NCBI GenBank assembly: GCA_964543385.1
Contig: CAZIYE010000001.1
Location: 510,001-542,000, forward strand
Source of the DNA: an uncultured Candidatus Saccharibacteria bacterium
GTDB taxonomy: Bacteria > Patescibacteriota > UBA1384 > XYA2-FULL-43-10 > 1-14-0-10-43-13
Direction: 5' to 3'
DNA length: 32,000 nt
A program made the position numbers and the translations under genes. Below, piece by piece: positions 1-8,140 of this stretch (position 1 is the first letter of the stretch; every line of letters starts with the position of its first letter). A model generated the notes under the pieces. That model worked only from the letters and a program-made list of their open reading frames with translations, was not told where the DNA came from and did no database searches.

Positions 1-1818
1 TTTTTTGATTGCTCCAGGTATCATCCCTATCCATTTTCCGACTATTTCGGCACCCTGAAATAGTCCATACAATGCTTTTCCTATCAACCCCTTGAAGCCT
101 GGCTTTGCCATCAGATCAACAATTTTAACTCCGAGTGCTGTCCATAAAAGTTTCAATTTGTTTCCAGCTCCCGCAAAAAAGGTAATTTTACTTAGCAATC
201 TTCCTATTGGACCAAGTGCTAATTTGCCAATCCAGCCGACTCCTTGCAATAATTTTCCTGCGGGTATTAATGAAATAGCCATCCATATCGATGCCTTTAC
301 GATGTTTCCCGCATTCTTACTCTTTATTGCGTTATAAAGATCAATGCCAGAGATTACAATACCTGCCACATACAAGACCGCAACTGCTGCGGCCAATGGG
401 GCGATGGCTTGTGCCCTTTGCGGTCTTAGCCCACCTATTACTGCCCCTTCTTCATTTATTCTTAGCTCGTCCATGCTATTAATTTTATCTTCAGGATCTT
501 TGGATAGTTCATTTGCTACTTCATTTCCCATTTCGGGCCAAAAAGGAAGCTCCTGTAACTCCTCTTTGGTTTGTGGGTCATATGATGCAAGTTTCACTTG
601 GTATTTATCTATTGCTTTAAGAGCTGACATCATCTCTGGTGCCATCAGTATCTCTTCTGAATATTTTGGCATCTCAAACCCTCTTTGATTGTCAATTTGT
701 TCATCCATGTAGCTTATCAAGTCTGTCATCATGGTGAGATTAAAAAAAGCTTTTGCCGCTTCTTCTTTATTTTCGATCTTCTGACTATCAAGGTATCGTT
801 TATATGCGACAACGCTATCAGAAAGTTCGGTAGCATCAGCATCATTAAACTTATTTGGGTATGAAATCTTATTGCTTTGATCAAGAGTAAAATTACCGTT
901 GGCGGCTGCCTTGGCTAAATGATCCTGAATTTGTTTCCTAGTTTTACAATCATTTTTGCTGTTGCATTCAAGTTTCTTTAGCCAAAAGTCATTAAGACTA
1001 CCATTCTCATTGAGATAATTGTTCCAGAAACCATCCTTTTCAATCCCGTTCCATGTCTTCTCAACCACCTCAATTTCTCTGGTTATTGGCTCTTTGTACA
1101 AAACGAACTTATCATCTTTCTTTTGATAAACCTCTACAATCACTTTGTGTTTGCTTCCAGATTTATCTGCCACAGATTGAGCCAGAAAAGTGTCCCATGT
1201 ATAAATAAAGTTAAGTTGTTTCTTATCCTTATAATTGATAAATGAGTCCTTAAAACTAGTTCGTCCGTTAGATTCTTGTATTGAAATATTAATTTTATCT
1301 ATTGTTTCTTCCGAGCTATCTTTAATCCAGAAAGATACAGATATTGGCGTGGTTGCTCCAAGAGCTACTTTGTCAGCGGTTTGGAGCAAAATTGCAACAT
1401 CCGGCATCTCTGAATCGTCGGGCACATTCGGAACTACCACTTCAGCGTTACCTATATCGCTGTTCTCCGATGAATCATCTGTGGTTGTGGGGGAATCTGA
1501 TGAATCTGTTTCAGTGTTGTCAGTTTCATCGGCGTCCTCATTTACACTATCTTCCGTATCTAGTAGATCTTCTTCGGGAGTTAGCATTAGTTCTTCTTCT
1601 GCATTGGCTTTATTGATGAGATTTGATAGAGAAGCCTTTTTACTGCTGTTTTTAAAATTTTCAACCCCATCTGCCAAATATTTTAGGCGGTTGTTGACTC
1701 TCGCAATTTCCGCATTGAGATTATTTTGCTCTATTTCCTTGACCTGAATCAAGGGTTGAAACAGCAAAAAAACTAAGCTAAAAATTAAAGCCCAAGATAT
1801 TATGCTTCTGAGTTTCAT
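1..1818 (-). CDS. Large N-terminally membrane-anchored/secreted protein; 3' end lies beyond the window edge
   Basis: Absent from the ORF track because it has no stop in the window. Minus-strand reading from ATG at 1818 (preceded by AGAGAGGG) is open for 606 codons to base 1: MKLRSIISWALIFSLVFLLFQPLIQVKEIEQNN..., then an acidic Ser/Thr/Asp/Glu linker (DTEDSVNEDADETDNTETDSSDSPTTTDDSSEN), then hydrophobic segments ...AAAVAVLYVAGIVISGIDLYNAIKSKNAGNIVKASIWMAISLIPAGKLLQGVGWIGKLAL.... Confidence 0.85.
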   Translation of the reverse strand, partial: MKLRSIISWALIFSLVFLLFQPLIQVKEIEQNNLNAEIARVNNRLKYLADGVENFKNSSKKASLSNLINKANAEEELMLTPEEDLLDTEDSVNEDADETDNTETDSSDSPTTTDDSSENSDIGNAEVVVPNVPDDSEMPDVAILLQTADKVALGATTPISVSFWIKDSSEETIDKINISIQESNGRTSFKDSFINYKDKKQLNFIYTWDTFLAQSVADKSGSKHKVIVEVYQKKDDKFVLYKEPITREIEVVEKTWNGIEKDGFWNNYLNENGSLNDFWLKKLECNSKNDCKTRKQIQDHLAKAAANGNFTLDQSNKISYPNKFNDADATELSDSVVAYKRYLDSQKIENKEEAAKAFFNLTMMTDLISYMDEQIDNQRGFEMPKYSEEILMAPEMMSALKAIDKYQVKLASYDPQTKEELQELPFWPEMGNEVANELSKDPEDKINSMDELRINEEGAVIGGLRPQRAQAIAPLAAAVAVLYVAGIVISGIDLYNAIKSKNAGNIVKASIWMAISLIPAGKLLQGVGWIGKLALGPIGRLLSKITFFAGAGNKLKLLWTALGVKIVDLMAKPGFKGLIGKALYGLFQGAEIVGKWIGMIPGAIKK

Positions 1819-1941
1819 TTCCCTCTCTTTGTTATAGTTGGCCCCACCAATTACTGTCTATATAAATTATAAACGATTGAGGGGTAAAAAGTAAATGAAA
1901 ATTAAATAACAATCTTCAAAATAAAATGACTTAATCTATAC

Positions 1942-2589
1942 TCATTTTATTTTCTTCAATTCTTCTAAATAATCTTTTGTCGGCTGATATTCAGGGTCGA
2001 GACTTTTGGCTTTTGACAATGCTTTTTCAGCTTTTTCTTTGTACAATTTTCTTGAACTATCAGTTAGCTCAAGCATCTTGATTGCCTTTAGGTTTGCAAT
2101 CCCTAAATAGAGCCAAGCGTCCCTATATTTGCCATCTATATTTGTGGCTTTTTCTGCAGCAATGACGGCATATTGGAATTCGCCGTCCTCGATCAGTTCT
2201 TTAGATAACTTTACCGCAGCCGTTTCGTCTTCCTGATCAGCTTTTACTTTTCTAATCGTCTTTATTTGAGCATCAAGCTTTTGCTCCTCATAAAATTTAT
2301 CTAACTTCAATATGTTGGCAGAGCTCTCTTCTGCTAATTTTATTCTATCTTGAGCTTGTTTTGCTTTCCAAAAAAGGAATAATGATTTGTTGTATTCTAA
2401 AATAGCACTTTCGAATTTTTTTTGTTCTAAATAGTTGTCACCTTTTTCAAAATAATTTTGCGACCATGATTTGCGCAGTGGCTTAGTAATTAGTCCTAGC
2501 GACAAGAGTCCGATAATACAAATAATCAGCCATTTTAAAAAATAGAATGAGAAATCATAAGTTTTCTTATCTTTAGTGTTAGCCATCAA
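1942..2589 (-). CDS. Membrane-anchored TPR-like protein
   Basis: 215 aa; N-terminal TM FYFLKWLIICIIGLLSLGLI followed by TPR-like helices (GDNYLEQKKFESAILEYNKSLFLFWKA, KYRDAWLYLGIANLKAIKMLE, AEKALSKAKSLDPEYQPTKDYLEELKK). Start overlaps the uppP stop by 4 nt. Confidence 0.8.
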   Translation of the reverse strand: MMANTKDKKTYDFSFYFLKWLIICIIGLLSLGLITKPLRKSWSQNYFEKGDNYLEQKKFESAILEYNKSLFLFWKAKQAQDRIKLAEESSANILKLDKFYEEQKLDAQIKTIRKVKADQEDETAAVKLSKELIEDGEFQYAVIAAEKATNIDGKYRDAWLYLGIANLKAIKMLELTDSSRKLYKEKAEKALSKAKSLDPEYQPTKDYLEELKKIK

Positions 2590-3365
2590 ATAAAGAACAC
2601 CATTAATACTATTGCTGCCAAGAGTATTCTATACCAGAGAAAAATCACAAAATTACTTTTTCTAAGGTAATTTAACAAGAATTTAATAGCAAAGAATCCA
2701 GCGAGTGCTGAGAAGCCTACGCCAAGGAAAAATGGTAGATTGAGATCTGATACTTCGAGTTTGCGTGCTTGTATCAGAAAAGCTCCCACCATTGCTGGTG
2801 TACCAAGAAGGAAGGAAAATCTAGCGGCATCATCACGTTTTAAACCTAATCCACGTGAGGCGATCATGGTGATCCCAGAGCGAGAAACCCCAGGAACTAG
2901 AGCTAAACATTGGGAAATTCCAACAATGAATGATTGTGTAAATGTGATTTTGCCGATCATCTGAGTCGATTTCGCGACTTTGTCAGTTGCCCACAGGAGG
3001 ATACCAAATATTATCAAGTTTATAGCCAAGAGTAGCGGCGAGTGGAAGTATTTCTCAACATAATTTTCTAATATTAGTCCGGCAATGGCAGATGGGATGC
3101 TGGCTAATATAATTTGCCAAAGAAAGTTCCTTGGCAAATCCGCTGATTGACTCTTTTTTATCCCAAAAATATTGAGCCAGTCCTTGTGAAAATAACACAT
3201 AATAGCGATGACAGTGCCTAAATGCAAAGCTGTATCAAAGACCAGCCCATTATACTGCCAATTGAATAGATAGGGGAGCAGAACAAGGTGGGCTGATGAT
3301 GAGATGGGCAGAAACTCTGAAATTCCCTGAGTAATACCCAAAGTTATTGATTGAAGTAATTCCAT
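2586..3365 (-). CDS. uppP: Undecaprenyl-diphosphatase (UppP/BacA family)
   Basis: 259 aa; family motifs LGITQGISEFLPISSSAHLVLLP and GISQCLALVPGVSRSGITMIASRGLGLKRDDAARFSFLLGTPAMVGA. Confidence 0.97.
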   Translation of the reverse strand: MELLQSITLGITQGISEFLPISSSAHLVLLPYLFNWQYNGLVFDTALHLGTVIAIMCYFHKDWLNIFGIKKSQSADLPRNFLWQIILASIPSAIAGLILENYVEKYFHSPLLLAINLIIFGILLWATDKVAKSTQMIGKITFTQSFIVGISQCLALVPGVSRSGITMIASRGLGLKRDDAARFSFLLGTPAMVGAFLIQARKLEVSDLNLPFFLGVGFSALAGFFAIKFLLNYLRKSNFVIFLWYRILLAAIVLMVFFI

Positions 3366-3443
3366 AAAAATATTCTACCTTCTGTCATTGTTTGAGGCAA
3401 GTTAGCTCTTTATTTTTATTGTTCTCTCTTCTAGAATAAACTT

Positions 3444-3998
3444 ATGGACACAATCTTCGACAAAATTAGGCTTTATGATTATCGCATCTATAAATTTTTT
3501 CATGGTGCAATTTACGGCCATCTTTGGATAGGCGATTTTTATTTGTTCTTTGCTAAATATGGAATTGTACTCTTCTTTCTGGCTTATATTTATTTAATTT
3601 TAAAACGTAAAATAGAAGCCTTTATTTGTACCTTTGTCGCTATGGCGATTGCCCTATCAATTGATCTTATCATTGTGCTCGCATGGAAAAGACCGAGACC
3701 GTTTATTAGTCATAGTGATGAGATAATGACACCAATAACGGAGGGCCTTCGTGTTACTAGCATATCTTTTCCTTCCGTCCATACTTATATTGCTTTTGCT
3801 ATTGCCACCAGTGTCTTTCTATATGGCCATAAGAGGTTGGGGACACTTTTATTCTTTTTGGCACTGGCTATAGCGATCAGCCGTGTTGGAGCAGGTCTGC
3901 ATTACCCGTCTGATATTATTGGTGGAGCATTGCTTGGGATAGCTTCTGGAATCTTTGCTTATATTATTGTAAGCAGTTCAGAAAAAAGATGGGAATAA
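3444..3998 (+). CDS. PAP2-superfamily phosphatase (undecaprenyl-diphosphatase-like)
   Basis: 184 aa multi-TM; PAP2 motifs KRPRP, SFPSVHTYIAFA, SRVGAGLHYPSDIIGG. Confidence 0.92.
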   Translation: MDTIFDKIRLYDYRIYKFFHGAIYGHLWIGDFYLFFAKYGIVLFFLAYIYLILKRKIEAFICTFVAMAIALSIDLIIVLAWKRPRPFISHSDEIMTPITEGLRVTSISFPSVHTYIAFAIATSVFLYGHKRLGTLLFFLALAIAISRVGAGLHYPSDIIGGALLGIASGIFAYIIVSSSEKRWE

Positions 3999-4006
3999 GT
4001 TTAGTG

Positions 4007-4037
4007 TAGAGTCAAGAGTACATAGTTAAGAGTATAA
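4007..4037 (+). repeat. Degenerate 7-bp-period tandem array (left flank of the four-helix-bundle ORF)
   Basis: TAGAGTC AAGAGTA CATAGTT AAGAGTA TAA; inverted relative to 4400-4434 (CATAGTTAAGAGTATAA here vs CATAGTTGAGAGTTTAG as reverse complement of the right array). Confidence 0.75.
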
Positions 4038-4055
4038 AATGCAGAGAGAGTAGCA

Positions 4056-4436
4056 ATGAATAAATATAAGAATCTAAATGCTTGGAAAGCGGCCAAAAAT
4101 TTGGCAATCCTTGTTTATCAGATTACTGATAGCCATCCAAAAAAAGAAATATATACGCTAACAAGTCAAACAACTAGGGCCGCTGTTTCAATTCCTGCAA
4201 ACATTGCCGAGGGAGATTCCAGAAAATCTGGTAAAGATTTTTGCCACTTTCTAGATATTGCTATTGGTTCACTTTTTGAACTAGAGACTTTGCTTGAAAT
4301 TGCTTTTAGCAGAAATTATTTTGATATGGTACAAAAAGACCACTTGGATGTTGAATTAGAAAACACGGTAAAACTAATTTATGGTCTAAAGCGTAGTATC
4401 AACTCTAAACTCTTAGCCCTAAACTCTCAACTATGA
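4056..4436 (+). CDS. Four-helix-bundle protein (S23/23S rRNA intervening-sequence-type, Avd-like fold family)
   Basis: 126 aa; MNKYKNLNAWKAAKNLAILVYQIT...KKEIYTLTSQTTRAAVSIPANIAEGDSRKSGKDFCHFLDIAIGSLFELETLLEIA, the characteristic S23-family core. Confidence 0.92.
   Translation: MNKYKNLNAWKAAKNLAILVYQITDSHPKKEIYTLTSQTTRAAVSIPANIAEGDSRKSGKDFCHFLDIAIGSLFELETLLEIAFSRNYFDMVQKDHLDVELENTVKLIYGLKRSINSKLLALNSQL
4400..4434 (+). repeat. 7-bp-period tandem array (right flank), overlapping the ORF 3' end and the recombinase start codon
   Basis: CAACTCT AAACTCT TAGCCCT AAACTCT CAACTAT, five heptads in register. Confidence 0.85.
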
Positions 4437-5410
4437 AGACTTTGTCTGAATTAAAACGTGAATTCTTGGAGCATTGTGAGCTTGAGAAGGGGCAATCTGC
4501 CTTAACGGTTGATAACTATTCAAGGTATATTGATCGATTCTTGGATTTTCTAGCTGGCGACGATAGGGCTAGTTTGCAATCTTCTGATATTACTCAAGAG
4601 ATCATCCACAAGTATCGCTTACACGTGAATCGCCTAAAGGATATGCAAGGGCAACCACTCAAGAAATCCACAGAAAACTATCACATGCTTGCTGTGCGCG
4701 CATTCTTGCGCTATTTAGCTTGGAGAGGGATTACTTCTCTTTCCCCCGAGAAAGTTCCTGTAGCTAAATCGGAGGATAGGGAAATTACTTTCCTAGAGGG
4801 ACAAGAGGTTAAAACTATTATTGATACTCCAAACACAGCAAAGATAAGTGGATTGAGAGACAGGGCGATATTAGAGTTCCTCTTTTCTACGGGACTTAGG
4901 GTATCTGAGCTTGCAAGATTGAATACCGATGATATTAATTCCCAAAGAGGCGAAATTTCTGTTTTAGGCAAAGGAAAAAAAATCCGTGTTGTATTTTTAT
5001 CTTCTGATGCCCTAAATACGGTAGATCAATATTTGAAAAACAGGGGATTTATCCGACCGGAAGCCGGTACATTTAAGAGAGACCAGCAAGAGCCACTTTT
5101 TTTATCTAAAAGGCAGGAACGTTTAACGGTCCGATCGATAGAAAGGATTGTCAAAAAATATGCAGAAAGAGCTGGCATAACAAAAAAAGTGTCTCCGCAT
5201 ACTCTGAGACACTCATTTGCAACAGATCTTTTGATGGCAGGGGCCGATATTCGTAGCGTTCAATCCATGCTTGGTCACTCGTCTATAACAACTACACAGG
5301 TTTACACTCATGTAACAGATCAACACTTACGAGAAGTGCATCAGAAGTTTCATGGGAAGAGTCTCGAGCAAGAGCAGACGACAGTCGACAGCCAACCGAC
5401 GATCGAGTGA
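4433..5410 (+). CDS. Tyrosine recombinase, XerC/XerD-like
   Basis: 325 aa; N-terminal SAM-like domain (EHCELEKGQSALTVDNYSRYIDRFLDFL) and catalytic motifs LEFLFSTGLRVSELARL, HTLRHSFATDLLMAGADIRSVQSMLGHSSITTTQVYTHV. Confidence 0.95.
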   Translation: MKTLSELKREFLEHCELEKGQSALTVDNYSRYIDRFLDFLAGDDRASLQSSDITQEIIHKYRLHVNRLKDMQGQPLKKSTENYHMLAVRAFLRYLAWRGITSLSPEKVPVAKSEDREITFLEGQEVKTIIDTPNTAKISGLRDRAILEFLFSTGLRVSELARLNTDDINSQRGEISVLGKGKKIRVVFLSSDALNTVDQYLKNRGFIRPEAGTFKRDQQEPLFLSKRQERLTVRSIERIVKKYAERAGITKKVSPHTLRHSFATDLLMAGADIRSVQSMLGHSSITTTQVYTHVTDQHLREVHQKFHGKSLEQEQTTVDSQPTIE

Positions 5411-5447
5411 CATCTGTTGTCTTTTGTCGGTAAGCCGTTGTCTGTTT

Positions 5448-5621
5448 TTATTTGCTGCTCTCCCACATCTCAAGAACTTCGGCTCTATTCAATTCGAGCT
5501 CATCAATTGCAAAACAATCCTGTATTTCTTGTTTTATTTCTTCAATTCGGTGTGTTGGGGAGTTTACACATACATCGATTTGATTATCCTCGATCTTTTT
5601 AACCTTGATTTTTGTTTTCAT
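5448..5621 (-). CDS. Small conserved-looking hypothetical protein
   Basis: Tracked ORF is 5448-5690, but the most plausible start is the internal ATG at 5621 giving MKTKIKVKKIEDNQIDVCVNSPTHRIEEIKQEIQDCFAIDELELNRAEVLEMWESSK (57 aa). Intergenic between convergent genes. Confidence 0.4.
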   Translation of the reverse strand: MKTKIKVKKIEDNQIDVCVNSPTHRIEEIKQEIQDCFAIDELELNRAEVLEMWESSK

Positions 5622-5758
5622 GGCCTTGTTTCTATTAATGGGGTATTCTGGAAATTGAATAAGTATATCAAAAATAACACAAATTGTCAAGAGGCTAATT
5701 TGCCAACTTTATGTCTTAATATCTAAGAGTTCTTATTTCTGCCACTTTATAATTATAT

Positions 5759-7087
5759 CTATTCGTGTCCAAAGCGTGCGTAGAGTTCATTACGGACTAC
5801 TTCTCTATCAGAAAATGGAGTAAAGGTTGAAGCACCCACAGCCATTACTTCCTCGGCGCCTTTACCGGTAACTACTATCACATCATTTTTTCTAGCTTCT
5901 TTTATCGCCTTATGTATGGCTTGTGAACGGTCAATCACTTTCCAATAATTTCTATTTAGGTGCCATTGATGCTTTTTCACAGCTCCCCTATGTATGCCTT
6001 CGGCGACTTGTTCCATAATTTCATCAGGGTCTTCGTCATAAGGATCTTCATTTGTAAAAACTACAAGATCGGCATAATGACCGACCAGCGCCCCCATAAT
6101 TGGGCGTTTTGTTTTATCTCGTCGTCCGGTAGCACCCAGAACAGCTATTAACCTTCCTCCGGTATTTTTCATCCCATCGCGTACGGTTTCATAAACATTC
6201 TTGAGAGAGTCTGGATTGTGAGCATAGTCAACAATGACGGTTATATCCTGTTTCTTCGAAACTTTTATCGTTTCCATTCTACCAGGCACCAGGATGACTT
6301 TCTCAATCCCGGACTTAATTTTTTCAGGACTTATTTCCAAAGCAAGACCTACACAATAAGTAGCTAAGGCATTCTGAACATTAAAAATTCCAGGAAGCTT
6401 TAAATTAACAATATTCTGTCCATCATCATGAGCAGCAGTAAAGGTAACACCATTTGGTGAGGTCAGAATCTTCCTGGCGACTGCCCCGTGGTCTATCATC
6501 TTTTTAACAGAATAAAGAAATTTTTCACTTCCGGGCAGGGAATGAAATTTATTCCAGTTCGCATCATCAGCATTGATCACAAACTTAGCTTGAGGGTTAT
6601 CTTTAAAGACCTTCATCTTTGCAGATAGATAGGCTTCCTTTGTTTTGTGATAATCTAGGTGGTCATGGGAGAGATTTGTGTAGACCAATGTGTCAAATTT
6701 GATACCATAAACCCTATTTTGATCAATAGCCTGGGAGGTAACTTCCATAATAGCGTACTTGCATCCTGCTTTGACTGCTTTTTTTAGAAATTTCTGAACC
6801 ACATCTGCAGGAGGAGTAGTAACCCAGCGAACCTTAGTCTTATGAGGTGTGACAGCGTCACCAATTTTTGTATTGATGGTTGTCTCCATGGCATTCTTGA
6901 GGCCAGCTTCATCTAATATTGAAGCGATCATATTGCAGACAGTGGTTTTACCTTTTGTCCCAGTCACCCCTATTACCTTAATTTTTTTAGCTGGATAACC
7001 GTTTCTAAAACAGGCTACCTTTGCTTCGAGCTTATGTAATTTATTCTTAGTTTGCTGATTGAGCATTTTTGATATTAGTTTTTTCAT
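5759..7087 (-). CDS. murE: Mur ligase family protein, MurE-like (UDP-N-acetylmuramyl-tripeptide synthetase-like)
   Basis: 442 aa; P-loop VIGVTGTKGKTTVCNMI, YAIMEVTSQAIDQNRVYGIKFDTLVYTNLSHDHLDYH, GIFNVQNALA, VIVDYAHNPDSLKNV, VLGATGRRDKTKRPIMG. P-loop lies near residue 43. Confidence 0.88.
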   Translation of the reverse strand: MKKLISKMLNQQTKNKLHKLEAKVACFRNGYPAKKIKVIGVTGTKGKTTVCNMIASILDEAGLKNAMETTINTKIGDAVTPHKTKVRWVTTPPADVVQKFLKKAVKAGCKYAIMEVTSQAIDQNRVYGIKFDTLVYTNLSHDHLDYHKTKEAYLSAKMKVFKDNPQAKFVINADDANWNKFHSLPGSEKFLYSVKKMIDHGAVARKILTSPNGVTFTAAHDDGQNIVNLKLPGIFNVQNALATYCVGLALEISPEKIKSGIEKVILVPGRMETIKVSKKQDITVIVDYAHNPDSLKNVYETVRDGMKNTGGRLIAVLGATGRRDKTKRPIMGALVGHYADLVVFTNEDPYDEDPDEIMEQVAEGIHRGAVKKHQWHLNRNYWKVIDRSQAIHKAIKEARKNDVIVVTGKGAEEVMAVGASTFTPFSDREVVRNELYARFGHE

Positions 7088-7094
7088 GTGGTTA

Positions 7095-8033
7095 TTAATT
7101 TCTCCTTATCTTCTCTAATACCTTAAATAACTGATATGAAGTTGGCTTTAATATCCGATCATAACAGCCATGAATATCCACTTGGTATCCGCCAAACTGT
7201 TTCTTGAAGCTTGTGATCCCCGACCATGGATGTTTCGGGTCGTCGTTGGGTGCAATGCCATAAAAATCAAAGGCATCGCAGCCTTTTTCTTTAGCGTCTT
7301 GAATCATTTGCCAAACTAGTAAGTTTGGCGCTTTTAAATTGCGGTATTCATTACTTGATGCGCCGAACATATATATAGCCTTCTTGCCCGAATAGACAAC
7401 AATGCCCGATGACAAAACTTTGCATTGGCCATCAGACTTGAGCGTGGAGCTATAAATCCGAGCATAGCCGCCTTTGCTTAAAATATCAAGTAAACCTTGG
7501 AAGTAACCTATGCTTCTATATGTAATGCCATGCCTCTTTCCGGTAATAGAATATAGCGAATAAAAGTCATGCAACATCTCGTCGCTATATTCAGTTGATG
7601 TAATCTCGACGCCGCTTTTTGCAGCGAGTCGTATATTATATCTACATCTCACAGACATCTCGGCTAATAATTCATCCTGATCCTTTGTTATATCTAGGAT
7701 CCAAGTATTTTCTGGTTGCATGTGCTCAAAAGATTTGGTTAAGCTAGAGTCTTGAATATTAGTGGTTAGGGATACAGAAATAGGAATATCAAACTCTACT
7801 CTGTAAAAAATAGATTTATTTTCTTTTGCGATCTCTTGGATTTTATTCCAGAAATTGCTCTTGACTCTTGACTCTTGACTCTTGACTACCATAGGCGAAT
7901 AAAGCATCGAATAACCAAGAGGAAGATTTTTTTGCAAAACCAAAACACCATCTACCCAATAACTTTTCTGGTAGCCTGTTTTGAGTTTAAATTTCTCCCA
8001 TTCCTCTGATTGAAAGATTGATTGCATAAACAA
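7095..8033 (-). CDS. FemAB/FemX-family peptidyltransferase (GNAT-fold, peptidoglycan interpeptide bridge type)
   Basis: 312 aa; FQSEEWEKFKLKTGYQ, RYNIRLAAKSGVEI, LYSITGKRHGITYRSIGYFQGLLDIL, YGASSNEYRNLKAPNLLVWQMIQDAKEKGCDAFDFYGIAPNDDPKHPWSGITSFKKQFGG. Start lies 7 bp from murE, consistent with co-transcription. Confidence 0.92.
   Translation of the reverse strand: MFMQSIFQSEEWEKFKLKTGYQKSYWVDGVLVLQKNLPLGYSMLYSPMVVKSQESRVKSNFWNKIQEIAKENKSIFYRVEFDIPISVSLTTNIQDSSLTKSFEHMQPENTWILDITKDQDELLAEMSVRCRYNIRLAAKSGVEITSTEYSDEMLHDFYSLYSITGKRHGITYRSIGYFQGLLDILSKGGYARIYSSTLKSDGQCKVLSSGIVVYSGKKAIYMFGASSNEYRNLKAPNLLVWQMIQDAKEKGCDAFDFYGIAPNDDPKHPWSGITSFKKQFGGYQVDIHGCYDRILKPTSYQLFKVLEKIRRN
7858..7885 (-). repeat. 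Perfect 4x7-bp tandem repeat (CTCTTGA on + strand) inside the FemAB-like gene
   Basis: CTCTTGA x4 exactly at 7858-7885, followed by CTACCAT; encodes VVKSQESRVKS in frame on the minus strand. Confidence 0.95.
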
Positions 8034-8140
8034 ATGTTAGCATTAAATAATATTTTTTTCGAGTGGTCCCTCGCCCAATATATCCACTGACGGTTCGAAC
8101 TGTTTTCATTGCCAATAGTCTCAAAAAATGTTAAAACAAG

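Noticed and set aside
1235-1747. ORF 1235..1747 (+) and 344..688, 1344..1616, 291..482, 92..337 (+)
   Set aside because: All are antisense to the long open minus-strand CDS 1-1818, which has an RBS, signal/TM segment and plausible composition. The plus-strand products are Ser/Leu-rich artefacts of a low-complexity acidic linker.
4007-4434. CRISPR array interpretation of the short repeats
   Set aside because: Repeats are 7 bp, contiguous, with no spacers and no cas genes anywhere in the window.
4056-4436. Four-helix-bundle ORF as part of a diversity-generating retroelement
   Set aside because: No reverse transcriptase, template or variable repeat is found in the window, so only fold-level similarity to Avd applies.
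4433-5410. Integron or phage integrase associated with a mobile island
   Set aside because: Sequence motifs fit the housekeeping Xer type. No attC-like sites, tRNA-adjacent att repeats, or phage genes are visible. I cannot exclude a role with the adjacent heptad element.
5417-5726. Plus-strand ORFs 5352..5726 and 5417..5602
   Set aside because: Composition untypical, no RBS; the first overlaps the end of the recombinase gene. The minus-strand 57-aa ORF in the same area looks more protein-like.
8061-8125. Possible tRNA because of a GGTTCGAAC T-loop-like motif
   Set aside because: On neither strand do five base pairs flank the TTCGAAC loop, and no acceptor stem or anticodon arm can be folded.
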